Virus record (IMG/VR): IMGVR_UViG_3300023184_000079
Coordinates: 17,645-81,644 of that record
From: a virus
DNA length: 64,000 nucleotides
Strand: one strand, 5' to 3'
The notes below the pieces were generated by a model. It searched no databases and was not told where the DNA came from. It worked only from the letters and a program-made list of their open reading frames with translations. The translations under genes were made by a program, and so were the position numbers. Positions 20,285-30,600 of the stretch are shown one piece after another. The first letter of the stretch is position 1; each line of letters begins with the position of its first letter.

Positions 20285-20465
20285 GTACTTTTGGGCGGTC
20301 GCCCACGACGTTTCTTCTGCTCTGGATAGCGCCATACCAGAACAGTATCAGACAGCCACTCGCCTGTAATGCCCAACTTCGCAAGTCCCTTCTCGGTTCT
20401 TTTGATCTCGGCCTCATCTTTGTCGCGCACAGCGATAGCGTGCTGCATCTTGAGTTGAGTCTCTG

Positions 20466-20708
20466 TCATGGCATTGGAGGAGCGTCAGGTATTTCTTCCA
20501 AATAGACCTTGTTGAGATGTCTCTCAATATGAGGGAGCGCTGCATACAGAACCTCTCGGACGACGCAAGTCTCACACCCACAGAATGGAGCGCAGGCATC
20601 GTCGTCGCATTCTTCTTCACCATCATCCATAAGAACACTAAAGCATTTGTTTAAATGATCCAACGCAACTTTATGTGCTTCGGCCCAGTAATTCGTATTA
20701 TCAATCAT
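20466..20708 (-). CDS. Hypothetical protein (PFCGCETCVVRE motif)
   Basis: ORF overlapping the downstream start; Cys motif. Confidence 0.6.
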   Translation of the reverse strand: MIDNTNYWAEAHKVALDHLNKCFSVLMDDGEEECDDDACAPFCGCETCVVREVLYAALPHIERHLNKVYLEEIPDAPPMP

Positions 20709-21080
20709 TAGCGCGGCGGCTTATCAAGAGCAAGAAAAATAATGGCAACAAAAAGAAGAGCGCCAAAAGTGCGCAACTGCTCAGTGGTGAGGAATGTGGT
20801 GAGCATGTGTGTTGTTTGTTGTTTGCGATGTCTGCAAGATAAATGTCAGAAGTGTAATCATCATCCATTTTTTTCTACCATAGACGGCCATTGCAAAATA
20901 TCGGGACGCAACGTATTGATGACATGAATGAATCGCTCATTCGACTCGTCTCTGCCAAAGTGCATATACATTGGGTAAAAACCATTTATGCCGATTTCAA
21001 CAATCTTTGTTCCGTCTTTGTTTTCAATGAAGTTGACCTCCCAGCCATCCTCCATGTCCATACTGAACGAAGTTTTTGTC

Positions 21081-21536
21081 TTACTCTTTTCCACTTGAAC
21101 CAAATCCTTTCTCTCCCCGATCTGACTCGGAGAGTTCGTTTACTTCATTCAAATACACAATGTAATTTGGAATGAACACAATTTGCGCAATTCGTTCTGC
21201 CGGAAGAATAGAGTAAACGGAATCGCTAAGGTTCTGAAGGATGATCTTTATCTCTCCACGATAGCCCGTATCAATGAGACCGGGAGCATTGAGAACAAAA
21301 ATCTGATCAACCGCCAGACCAGAACGAGACAGGATAGCGGCGTGGTGACTTGTCAGCCCTTGGGACATATCCAGAGCGATGCCTGTGCCGACAAGGGCAT
21401 TCTTCCCCGGAGAGATATCTACTCCTTCATCCGCATAAAGATCAAAGGCTGCATCGGTCTTGTGTGCCTTCTTAGGGGCTACTGCCGTTTTGGTAAGCCG
21501 TCGATAACTTACCGTAGGATAATCAGAAGAAAACAT
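21081..21536 (-). CDS. dut: dUTPase (trimeric)
   Basis: AAFDL, SRSGLA, GLIDTGYRGEI, ERIAQ and RGEKGFGSSG motifs. Confidence 0.95.
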   Translation of the reverse strand: MFSSDYPTVSYRRLTKTAVAPKKAHKTDAAFDLYADEGVDISPGKNALVGTGIALDMSQGLTSHHAAILSRSGLAVDQIFVLNAPGLIDTGYRGEIKIILQNLSDSVYSILPAERIAQIVFIPNYIVYLNEVNELSESDRGEKGFGSSGKE

Positions 21537-21947
21537 TTTGACATCTACTTCCTCTTTGTTACCAGAATAAGTTTTGGATACATTGTATTGTCCAGAGAGG
21601 GTATAGACTTTACTTCCATTACTCTGTTTTTGTGTTTATTGTTGTAGTAGGCTACTTGACTGTAAAGATTATCAAGTTTCTTACTGAACTTATTACAACA
21701 CTTCTTAGTAAGAAGATTTCTTTTTTTTGCGTTAGCCATTTTGGATTTCCAATACTTTTATAGAACAATTAAACTTTTCAAAATTATTAATCATATTCAT
21801 CAAATCTGAATAACAAGAATTTTTATCAATAGTTATTGTATATTCTTCAGATGAATAAAAGAACCAAAGGGTTTTCCAATTCTTCTTTGGTGCAGTAGTT
21901 ATCTTCAGTTGATAACTCAAACTTTCACCTTTTCCCTTCTATCAAAA

Positions 21948-22057
21948 CCCCCGGTGTCCCACCCGGCTGTTTCGGTCAGCCTGCTACCCAACGTGTCGCG
22001 CTCCCACGTCTAGACCCGACCCTCTGACGGTCTACGACCCGAGTGCGAACCGGGGAA
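21948..22057 (-). ncRNA. Candidate structured ncRNA (multibranch) with its own promoter
   Basis: Closing stem CCCCGGT/ACCGGGG; internal hairpins TAGACC/GGTCTA, ACGTG/CACGT, GGCTG/CAGCC; promoter TTGTCA-16-TACAAT (extended -10) at 22063-22090; no ORF. Confidence 0.55.
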
Positions 22058-22141
22058 GTAGTATTGTAGCATAATTTCCAAAAATGACAACCTGCTCATG
22101 CTTTTCTGGGTGGACGAGGAGAGCATACTCCTTTTGGCTGC

Positions 22142-22657
22142 TCAATGCAAGCCTTTCAGGATCTTAGTAGTCCGTGCTATTAGAACGGTCTGTCTAGCAG
22201 CCCAACGCACCTGCCTATCTGAGACAACCTTCAACGAGGCGTGTGATAGCGCAACCCCGCCACATCCCCATGCATGGATGTTGTATGTATTGATGATCCG
22301 CTGTGCTTGGATCATTTGCTGTATAGGTGTGGCTTTGTCTGCCGACGGTGCCATGTCAAGGCCACCGAACTCTTCGGAGTTCCAGTTTGCGGCGAACACA
22401 CCAAGCCCTCCGGGGTACGTCCAGTTCCTTGTTTGATGCCAAGCAATTCCCCACTTACCATCTCCCGGCTGCTCACAGCGACCCAGAGCAATGAACACCT
22501 TCCAGTTTGGGACAAGAGTCTCTAGACGGGTGTGCCTTACTGGCTTGTCTGCGCTTCTCATACTGAATAGTACCCGTGCCGAAGCAAAAGACGGATACAC
22601 ACAGACGCAAGCGAGCAAGGATAAAACGATACTGATTGTTATTATTCTCTTATTCAT
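22142..22657 (-). CDS. Secreted Rpf-like transglycosylase
   Basis: Signal peptide; ALGRCEQ..W..YPGGLG..ADKATPIQQMIQAQRI..WGC resembles the Rpf catalytic domain; start ATG 22657 overlaps the upstream TGA. Confidence 0.7.
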   Translation of the reverse strand: MNKRIITISIVLSLLACVCVYPSFASARVLFSMRSADKPVRHTRLETLVPNWKVFIALGRCEQPGDGKWGIAWHQTRNWTYPGGLGVFAANWNSEEFGGLDMAPSADKATPIQQMIQAQRIINTYNIHAWGCGGVALSHASLKVVSDRQVRWAARQTVLIARTTKILKGLH

Positions 22658-23079
22658 GCGATCCCCACCATTCTCCCGCAGGTCCAGTCGCTCCAGCCGC
22701 GTGTCTGCCAGAACCAGTAGGCGATTCTGGTATTCCACACTGGATCAAAGATGTTAGCGCCAAGCCTCCAGCCTTCACCGTTGTACAACTTGTTTATTTG
22801 GAACAAGCCGTAGTCTCCTGTGTGGCTGACGGCGCGAGGAGTCCATACGGATTCACACGCGACGATCAGCATGGCGTTGCTAGCCTCTGACCCAAAGCCG
22901 ATGCGAACAACACATTGCAACTCAGGCTTCGTCCAATTCGCAGGACGATGATTGCAAGCGTACATGCGGCGTGTCTGGGTGTTGTGTTCGTGAGGGTTAG
23001 GGACCTTCACTGATGCTGCCGCTATTGAGACGACAGTTAGAAATAACGAACAAACGATGAATGTTAATAGCACCTTCAC
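22654..23079 (-). CDS. Secreted SLT-type lytic transglycosylase
   Basis: Signal peptide; IVACES..RAVS..DYGLFQIN..DPVWNTRIA..GWSDW. Confidence 0.8.
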   Translation of the reverse strand: MKVLLTFIVCSLFLTVVSIAAASVKVPNPHEHNTQTRRMYACNHRPANWTKPELQCVVRIGFGSEASNAMLIVACESVWTPRAVSHTGDYGLFQINKLYNGEGWRLGANIFDPVWNTRIAYWFWQTRGWSDWTCGRMVGIA

Positions 23080-23383
23080 GGGCTACCTCCTTCTCATACC
23101 GTCCCTTTTGGGTGGTTAGTCACACGGCTTTTTTGTGACGGAAATGCGGATCGTCAACATCTCCTAAACAAGTAGTTCCCTTATTATGGTTCGTGCCTAC
23201 GATTTATAATAGCCTGTCTCCTCCACCCGCTTTACCTGAGCCTTTAGTTTATCCACATTTGCCGTAGGTGTGTTCTTGCCGTGACCGGGCAGCGGATTGC
23301 CCATCTTTTTTGCCCCACGAATGATGCGACGCATCTTCGCAGCCTCCATCTTATTCTTCTTGATGCTTCCGATATTTGCCATA

Positions 23384-23860
23384 TCAGCCCTTCTCGTTGA
23401 CGATTTCTTCTGCCAGCATATCAGCAATGACGGCCAACACGTCGTCGGAGTCGCGCTGCTGCTTTAGCAGAGTATCGTACTCTTCGTCGGTCAGCGCCCT
23501 ACTAAACGTGATTTGCACAAAGCGCGAACCGTTGAACCCGTTATGCGACGGATTCAAATTGAGCGTTTTTGCGACTCCGTGTTCGTCCATATGCTCTGGC
23601 AGGGTGAGCGAATCGTACTCCTCCGGGTCAAGCGTGATGTGCATGCGCACTCTCTGCCCAATGACCTTGGAGTCCGGGTCGCCAGCCTCGCCGCTCCATG
23701 CGTTTCCCACAATTGCGCTGACCGAAGGCAGCGTGACCATCATCAATCCGCTCTGAATGATGTCCCGCTTCACATCTGCACCGTTGTGATAGATGACTTG
23801 AACCTTGGGTTCTGCGATATTGATTTCCATTGTGCTTGTCCTTTGTTCGTGGTTGCACAT
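23384..23860 (-). CDS. Hypothetical protein
   Basis: 158-aa ORF with GAGG SD. Confidence 0.55.
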   Translation of the reverse strand: MCNHEQRTSTMEINIAEPKVQVIYHNGADVKRDIIQSGLMMVTLPSVSAIVGNAWSGEAGDPDSKVIGQRVRMHITLDPEEYDSLTLPEHMDEHGVAKTLNLNPSHNGFNGSRFVQITFSRALTDEEYDTLLKQQRDSDDVLAVIADMLAEEIVNEKG

Positions 23861-24255
23861 TGTTGTCGCCTCTTATGACCAAAATCTTACTACAGAAAAA
23901 TTTGCTTTGTGTTAAAATCTTTTTGCAATTTATTCGCAGAAATCTGGTTCCGTTGCAAAGCATCCATTCACGCGCCCATGAATATCTACGACACGACTAG
24001 GGTGTCCGAAACGCGCAATCCACTCTTCAATGGTGTACAGCGTGATGTCCTTGCGCTGGGGCCGCCACTCCGTCTCAATCCAGTCCGCGAGCGTCATGGC
24101 ACCCTCGCTTATTGCAGCATCAAACTCTGCAAGCCTTGCTAGGTAAGTTTCCACCGTTTTGACATCTTGCGTTTCACGCAGGTGGGCTATTCTATTTTTC
24201 AGCGACTTTTTGTATTGCGCGTCTTGGGTCTTGCTTTCGTCGCACAGCGCCATCC

Positions 24256-24726
24256 TTAGACTCCTTGTCCTTGCAATTTACGAGGGTAGCCCCATACATA
24301 CGGAAGGTCGTCAGGGACATGCCCGTAGAACGGAGAGTAGTGGTCAGGGTTTTTTCGCATGAGATTGGATTGATGAGAAACATGGATCTCCATATCACCC
24401 CACCAGCCGGGATGACTAGCAATCACAAATGGTTCACGATAATGCTTGTGGTAAAAGGCGGATCGCACCCTCTCCATGCAGTTGTCGATGTAGCCTCTAT
24501 CCGTCCACTCGTCGCAAATCGCTTCGGTGTAATGGAGCAGGGCGTACTCCCAGCCTTGCCACATGACAACAGCAGGATGATTCCGCCAGCCCTTGCGATG
24601 CGTTGGCTGCACACCGCAAAGGATGTTCATAATCTGCAAGCACTCCACGCGCTGCTTACCCAGCCGCTGTCTATCTAAAACAGCGGCGCAGTCTGCATAA
24701 ACTATTTCAGGAATAAAGGTCTGCAT
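24256..24726 (-). CDS. Pyrimidine-dimer DNA glycosylase / MSMEG_6728-family protein
   Basis: MQTF.P..LDRQRLGKQRVECLQI..GWRNHPAVVMW..SHQSNLMRKNPDHY..DDLPYVW. Confidence 0.85.
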   Translation of the reverse strand: MQTFIPEIVYADCAAVLDRQRLGKQRVECLQIMNILCGVQPTHRKGWRNHPAVVMWQGWEYALLHYTEAICDEWTDRGYIDNCMERVRSAFYHKHYREPFVIASHPGWWGDMEIHVSHQSNLMRKNPDHYSPFYGHVPDDLPYVWGYPRKLQGQGV

Positions 24727-26607
24727 TCAGAACGCTCCGTTGATGATCCGTGCAAGCAAGCCTACCAGAATCGACTCGTCCTCGTCCACTTCACGACCGT
24801 CGATAGCAGCGGAGATAATCTGGTTTTTACGATCCAGCAAGGCGGCAAGAGTCTCATCTACCGTGTCCTCTGCCATGAGGTAGTAGCAGGTGACGGGATT
24901 CTGCTGACCGCTGCGGTGGCAGCGATCCTCCGCCTGATGGTGGCGCACGGGAGACCATGCCAACTCCGCAAAGGCGACGTTAGAGCAAACATCCTGCCAG
25001 CCGTCAATACCCTCGGCAGCCGCGTCAATGTTCGCCACAACCAGCCGCACGTTGTCGTCATTGATAAATGCGTCAATCGCTTTCTGACGCTTCTCGGCAC
25101 TCATGCCGCCGTAAATCTTGACAGCCTTGTCACCGAACTCGTCCATGAGACGATTGACCGTTCGGCGATGGATGCAGTAAATCAGCAACTTCTCATTATC
25201 GTTGGTCATAAAATCGCGCACCCAATCAACGATGCCGCTCATCTTCCCATCAACACAGGTCTGGCGCAACGCACCCAGCCGCACCAGAGCCTCTGCCTTT
25301 TCGGCACGAAACATCCGCTCCGCAATGGCGTAGCCACGACGCTCCGCACGAAGGGACGGCGGCATCGAAGCCAACTCAGATTGCAAGCCAGAGTCACGAG
25401 CGACCCGATCTTCAACCCAATAGCGCAAGTCGCGCATGATGTTGTCATAGTCACCACGATTGGTGATTTTCAGGGGCAGGCTAATGCGCTCCTTCGGCGG
25501 CAGTTCGCCCATGATCTCGTCCTTTGTGCGACGGATGACGATGCCGTACTCGCGCAACTTCTGCGACAACTCAAACAGATTGCTAGATCCGCTGATGTCC
25601 CAGCCGTACCCGTTGTGGACGGGGCGGCAGTACCGCTCCATAAAATACCACTTATTGCGACCCTGTAGGAAGTCGTCAAAGCGACCCAACACCTGTAGTT
25701 GCGAAACGATTTCAGCAGGACGGTTCACCATTGGCGTGCCGGACAAGGCGATGCGGAAATCCACGCGCGCAGCAAGGTTGAGAAGAGTCTTGGTGCGCTT
25801 CGCCTTTGGGTTCTTGATGAAGTGCGCTTCGTCGATAATGACGCTCTTGTAATCGAACACAGAGAGATGTCCATCTTTGACCGTGGTCAGCGGCGACCAC
25901 GCCTCCACGATGTCGTAGTTCATCACAACGACATCGGTGTCAGCCGGAATAATGTTCTTGGCGCTGGCAATATGGGCGGGAGCATTTTCGGTATTTTTCT
26001 TGCCGCTAGCGACGTACACCTTGAGGTCGGGGAAGAAGCGATTGATCTGGCGCTCCCATCCCAACTTGACCGACGCAGGGCAAACAACAGCCACCGGCAG
26101 CCGGTCTGCAACGACACACGCAGCCATTGCCGAAAGCGTTTTGCCCGTGCCCATGTCGTCAGCAATGTAGACCTTGCGGTTCTCTAACGCCCAATGCACA
26201 GCGGCACGTTGATAGCCGCGCAGGTCGCCTACAAGCCCCGGCACGTTTACCGGCGGTGCGTCAGCAGCAGAAGCCTTCTCACGGTTGTTGGCGTGGCGCA
26301 CAGGAGCATCATCGTGGCGCTTCTTGACCTCAGAGAGCAGCGCCTTGGCGTCCTTCGACATCTCTAGGTCGTAGTCCCGAATCAGACGAGACAGGTTGTC
26401 GATGATGCGCGGCTCTGCAGGCACCGTCCAAGCCCCGACGTTCTCACCCTTATAGGGGAAATACTTTGGATGAAACTTGACGCGGGCGTCCTGCGTGCGG
26501 AGAACGCGCAGGCAACCAACGATGAGGTCAAACTCATTGCGGTCAAGATCATGGATTGCTACTCCGAAACCGGAGCCGTCCTTTAGTGCGCCTACATACT
26601 TCAACAA
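24727..26607 (-). CDS. SNF2/SWI2-family (SMARCAL1-like) helicase
   Basis: IADDMGTGKT, VVCPAS, IIDEAH, LSGTPMVN, QAEDRCHRSGQ. Confidence 0.92.
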   Translation of the reverse strand: MLKYVGALKDGSGFGVAIHDLDRNEFDLIVGCLRVLRTQDARVKFHPKYFPYKGENVGAWTVPAEPRIIDNLSRLIRDYDLEMSKDAKALLSEVKKRHDDAPVRHANNREKASAADAPPVNVPGLVGDLRGYQRAAVHWALENRKVYIADDMGTGKTLSAMAACVVADRLPVAVVCPASVKLGWERQINRFFPDLKVYVASGKKNTENAPAHIASAKNIIPADTDVVVMNYDIVEAWSPLTTVKDGHLSVFDYKSVIIDEAHFIKNPKAKRTKTLLNLAARVDFRIALSGTPMVNRPAEIVSQLQVLGRFDDFLQGRNKWYFMERYCRPVHNGYGWDISGSSNLFELSQKLREYGIVIRRTKDEIMGELPPKERISLPLKITNRGDYDNIMRDLRYWVEDRVARDSGLQSELASMPPSLRAERRGYAIAERMFRAEKAEALVRLGALRQTCVDGKMSGIVDWVRDFMTNDNEKLLIYCIHRRTVNRLMDEFGDKAVKIYGGMSAEKRQKAIDAFINDDNVRLVVANIDAAAEGIDGWQDVCSNVAFAELAWSPVRHHQAEDRCHRSGQQNPVTCYYLMAEDTVDETLAALLDRKNQIISAAIDGREVDEDESILVGLLARIINGAF

Positions 26608-26630
26608 GATGTTTCCTTTCTACAAATACA

Positions 26631-26676
26631 ACTCTATCACATGTTGTTGTAAAACACAAGTTAAGATTGTGTTTAG
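26631..26676 (-). promoter_or_regulatory. Early promoter repeat, copy 1
   Basis: CTAAACACAATCTTAAC-TTGTGT-17-TAGAGT. Confidence 0.6.
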
Positions 26677-26906
26677 TAGTTATTGCGATTTATTGGTTGG
26701 GGAGGTGACCGCTGCTCTCATCGCCGGGATCGCTGTTTGTGAAGAAGGGAGCAGCGGCTGTAGTTACGCAGACGACCTGCCGCTCGTACTCCACAACGTC
26801 ATCTGCAACGTCGCCCGCCTCAGCAGTACGCACCAGCGTTTCGGCATCAGCCGCCGTGAATGCAGACACAAGCACAACGCACTTGGCGGTTGCCGTGTAT
26901 ATGACC

Positions 26907-27410
26907 TCAAATGTTTGGAGTTTCATTATTCTTCTTCTCCATTACGGCAATACAAAAGTTATTCCAGTTGCCAAACTTACGATAGATTGTTGTAAACACT
27001 GGGTGGTCGTTATTGGCGCTGTGCCAATCAGAACTTTTCGGGAGCCTGCCATGTGTTTGCTCCCAGCAAATCGCTGCGTAAATACATTTGCTAATCGGCC
27101 ACTTGGTCTTGGCGCGTGCTGCGGCAGCGAGAGAGAGCGTAGAGTCTTTGACCACACCATAACGAACAAGCGTGCTGCGAGAAGTGCCAAGAGCACTTTC
27201 GATTGTCTCCCAAGTAATCTCAGGATTCTCCAAAATCATTCTGTTTGCGTCAGCAACAAGCATACCGATGCGAGCACCTTTATACTCGGTCCCAATAATC
27301 TGCCGTACTCGCTCACGACTGATCTGAAACATTCCGCCAATGTCGGCAAGTGTCGCCCCATCTGCGCGAAGCGCAAGCATTACCTCTACACGAGAATCGT
27401 TTGTTGTCAT
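26907..27410 (-). CDS. Sigma-70 region-4-like HTH protein with a homing-endonuclease-associated repeat
   Basis: GATLADIGGMFQISRERVRQI; WPISKCI..HGRLPKSSDW..TIYRKFGNWNNF. Confidence 0.7.
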   Translation of the reverse strand: MTTNDSRVEVMLALRADGATLADIGGMFQISRERVRQIIGTEYKGARIGMLVADANRMILENPEITWETIESALGTSRSTLVRYGVVKDSTLSLAAAARAKTKWPISKCIYAAICWEQTHGRLPKSSDWHSANNDHPVFTTIYRKFGNWNNFCIAVMEKKNNETPNI

Positions 27411-28516
27411 ATCATATACTCCTAAAATGGATTGCTGGATTTGGTGGCGACGGTGCTGGTAATGATCGCTTGAAAGCATTCAGGATGAAAGGCTGGCGGA
27501 CGACCACGACGGTGCGAACGGGGTATGGGCAGATTGCAACGCTGACAATCTTGCTCATAAAACTTGGGCTTGCTCCCTGCACAGGGCAAGCACCGCTTGC
27601 GCGGACGACCCTTCTTGCCCGTTGCCGGGATGACGGTGCCGCACGATATGCACTGGCTAATAGACATGTAAAGAAACAACCTCCAAAGTGATTGCCGATC
27701 CAATAATAATACCAGAAATAAGCGAAATGATTATTTTGACTTTCATGTTACCGATTCGGATTTCGCATCGACGATTGCCGTTGTCAAGCCCGGAAAGGTA
27801 TCCGCGAAGGTAACTATTACGATTGTACATCATTACTCCCTGTTTGTCAAATCGGTTCTTGAGAAGGATAGCCGTCAATGCTGGGGTACAGCCAAAAAGA
27901 AATGGTGCCGCCGTAAAACGACATGTCATAACGCACCCCGCCAATAACGTCATGCTCAGGCATCGTGCTAACTTGTCCCATTGCAGAGAGGCATCTTTCT
28001 TTGTCAATGCCACGGAGTTCAGAAAAACTTTCAATCTGTTTATATAATGTATTGATGGCGTTTTCTCGTGAATCGCATAGAATCGGATCGCCGTCATAGA
28101 CACCATTCACGTTTGTCCCGACAATAAACTTGCCATGAATACGGACATGGTACAGACCCCATTCTTCCTCGTTGTAAAGACCACTAATCAGACGTAGGCA
28201 GTCCTCAATAAGAGGGGTGTCTACCGTAATGCTAGTGAGCCGAAGCGAGTCCAGAGCCGCACAGAGCGTGTGTGCTTGTGCAATACCAATCTCTACCGAT
28301 CTCATCGCGCGTCCTTTTTAGTCAGCGGAGCCTTGCGAATGTTATTGACCGTAATCACCAGTAGAGCGGCAACGATGCAGCCTACGCTGGTACCGATAAC
28401 TGCATCAAACTTGCTGCCCGCCATGTAAACCTCAGTCACAGCGCACATCTCAACAAGTACGAACATCGTCAATGCGATTAGGTATGTGACGATTTTTTCA
28501 TTTGCGGTCATGGTGG

Positions 28517-28711
28517 TCATGCTACCACCACCCAATCCATCGTCGTGCGGAGCAGGTTGTTGTAGTCGCCAGACATTGCTTCCTTCATGTAGGAATCAAC
28601 CTCTGCCTTGTCTGCGCCAGCAGCCTTCAGAGCCTTGCTGACGGTGCCAAGGATGCCAAACGCATTTCCGTCCTTGCCGATCAGACTCACGGTGATGTCA
28701 TACTTCGCCAT
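28517..28711 (-). CDS. Conserved small phage protein
   Basis: LIGKDGNAFGILGTVSKALK..AMSGDYNNLL motif. Confidence 0.7.
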   Translation of the reverse strand: MAKYDITVSLIGKDGNAFGILGTVSKALKAAGADKAEVDSYMKEAMSGDYNNLLRTTMDWVVVA

Positions 28712-28840
28712 TTACTTCTTCTCCTTTGGGGTTTTCTTTTGGGGTTTTCTTAGGCTTAGGAATACTCTTACCACTAGCAGAATCTTCCATACGAATACCA
28801 TACTTCGCAAGGATTTGCTCAACCGTGAGGCGGTCGTCAG

Positions 28841-29086
28841 TCACAGGTACGTCCCCCTGAGCGGTCCCCAGTTAGAGGGGCGTCGGCTGGGGTTTGCCGG
28901 TTCGATGTCCATTTTCTCAATCTCAACGATGCAGTCACACTTGGAACACACGAGAGACTGCGGGGAAGGCGTACCGTCGTGGCACACCCAATCTTCCTCA
29001 CGGGTGATGGGGTCGTCGTGCCGGGTGGCACAGGTCACGCAGTACGTTTCGTCGTCCTGCCGGTATGCAATGGGGTCTGTTTCCAT
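28841..29086 (-). CDS. Small Cys-rich hypothetical protein (leaderless)
   Basis: ATG 7 nt after the -10 box; CVTC..CSKC. Confidence 0.6.
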   Translation of the reverse strand: METDPIAYRQDDETYCVTCATRHDDPITREEDWVCHDGTPSPQSLVCSKCDCIVEIEKMDIEPANPSRRPSNWGPLRGTYL

Positions 29087-29093
29087 GTGATGA

Positions 29094-29139
29094 ATGATAG
29101 GATACAATGTTTAGAAAGTCAAATGAAGATTGTGTTTAG
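29094..29139 (-). promoter_or_regulatory. Early promoter repeat, copy 2 (leaderless)
   Basis: CTAAACACAATCTTCAT-TTGACT-17-TATCAT-7-ATG. Confidence 0.75.
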
Positions 29140-29148
29140 ATATTTATG

Positions 29149-30006
29149 CTAGATATCTTTGATGCCGTGAAACAGGATACCCGTCTTGACAGCGGACAAG
29201 TCACTCAACTTGTTTTCTAGCGCCGCAGCCATGCGCTCCAACGCCTCGTCGTCCATTGTGTCCGCAGCCGTAGCCGTCGGAGCAATCGGGGCAATGAAAG
29301 CGCCACTAGCAATGAGCGTATCCAACAGCGAGCGCACGGAGTCCGTAAAGGAATCGTTATACTTTGTCATATTCAACGATCCAGTCAGTAACGCGCCGAT
29401 GCGGTCAAATGTCGCCAAACGCTTTTCGGACACGGTGGGAACCGGGATAGCCGGGGACTCGCACACCTCGTCCTCGTAGTACAGGGTAGACAGAAGCAGC
29501 CGACCGTCGCGCTGGCGCAGCGCAATCGTGTGCTGCCGCTGCCGGTAGACGAACGAACCCACGGCGATTCGGTCGCCAACGAGAGCGCAAATCTCTGCAT
29601 AGCGAGCGGGAGCCTCTTTGCCTGCTTTTGCTTTCTTGTCTACACCCACAAAGTAGGTGTCCTCAAACCAGATCGGGTCAATCTTGTCCACGAAATCTGT
29701 CAAGATGATGGTCTTGCAAGCCTCGGGCATGAGGCTGTCAATCGCATCGTCGGGGACGTGAATAAACACGCCCTCATTCACCTCGTAGCCCTTGCGGAGA
29801 TCCGCCAACTCAACATTGTTGTCGTCGCTGTCCACGCGGCGTTGCGCGATGGGGAAGCCATTGGGAGCAATCTGGCGGAAGGAGATGTTGTGCGACTCCC
29901 GCGCCTTGTAGAGGCTCACGGGCGCGTCCACGGCAATCGCCACATCATCGCCCTCGTAATCAAAAGAAATCGTTCCTGTCCAGATGCTACGCATTGGTGG
30001 CCTCAT
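29149..30006 (-). CDS. ku: Ku-like DNA end-binding protein
   Basis: MRSIWTGTISF..PVSLYKA..ISFRQI..KGYEV..IDPIWFEDTYFV..TLYYEDEV. Confidence 0.88.
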   Translation of the reverse strand: MRPPMRSIWTGTISFDYEGDDVAIAVDAPVSLYKARESHNISFRQIAPNGFPIAQRRVDSDDNNVELADLRKGYEVNEGVFIHVPDDAIDSLMPEACKTIILTDFVDKIDPIWFEDTYFVGVDKKAKAGKEAPARYAEICALVGDRIAVGSFVYRQRQHTIALRQRDGRLLLSTLYYEDEVCESPAIPVPTVSEKRLATFDRIGALLTGSLNMTKYNDSFTDSVRSLLDTLIASGAFIAPIAPTATAADTMDDEALERMAAALENKLSDLSAVKTGILFHGIKDI

Positions 30007-30277
30007 TGTCGTCGTAGTTGTCGGCGTGGTCCCGATTGCCGATGTACTCACACGTCATATGCAGGCGCAAAATCGTGCCGTCGTAGTAGGTCAGGGTCAG
30101 ACTGCCAAGGCTGATGTCGGCATTCGCAACGTGCCCGTCGTATCCCACGGTCTCGCCTTTGCGTACCCACTCCGCGTAGTCGCGGAGGATCTCCTCCGGC
30201 GTGTTGTTGTGAATCACCAGCATCTCCTGAGTTTCGTCGTACTCGCGGTCGTTGGCTTCGTAGTGGTCGGTTGTCAT
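29987..30277 (-). CDS. Hypothetical protein (leaderless)
   Basis: ATG 6 nt after TATAAT. Confidence 0.6.
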   Translation of the reverse strand: MTTDHYEANDREYDETQEMLVIHNNTPEEILRDYAEWVRKGETVGYDGHVANADISLGSLTLTYYDGTILRLHMTCEYIGNRDHADNYDDNEATNA

Positions 30278-30283
30278 ATAAGT

Positions 30284-30329
30284 ATTATACACACGGGTGG
30301 TCAGATTGCAAGTTGTGTTTGCGTTTAGT
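30284..30329 (-). promoter_or_regulatory. Early promoter repeat, copy 3 (leaderless)
   Basis: ACTAAACGCAAACACAAC-TTGCAA-16-TATAAT-6-ATG. Confidence 0.75.
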
Positions 30330-30346
30330 TATTTACACAATATAAA

Positions 30347-30421
30347 TGGGGAAGCCCGGAATCGAACCGGGGCGCCAACAGCGTCAAGCCTGTTGTGTCG
30401 CTACCCTACGACCACCTCCCC
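30347..30421 (-). tRNA. Atypical tRNA-like gene (extended anticodon arm, nominal TGA anticodon)
   Basis: GGGGAGG/CTTCCCC acceptor, GTCG/CGAC D stem, CAACAG-GCTTGACG-CTGTTG anticodon arm, CCCGG-TTCGATT-CCGGG T arm. Confidence 0.7.
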
Positions 30422-30600
30422 TAAAGGGTTTTCCGCCAGAAAGGTAAGAGCATCGGAGGTCAAGTCAGCCAATGCTTTTTGCTCTCTATTACGAAGCCAC
30501 CGGAGATCAAACCCGGTTTCTTCTTTTTGACCGTGAGCCTTTTCGAAATCTGTCTCTTGGTGACGGAAATCGCGTAACTCAACGTGGTGGAAAGGTTTGT

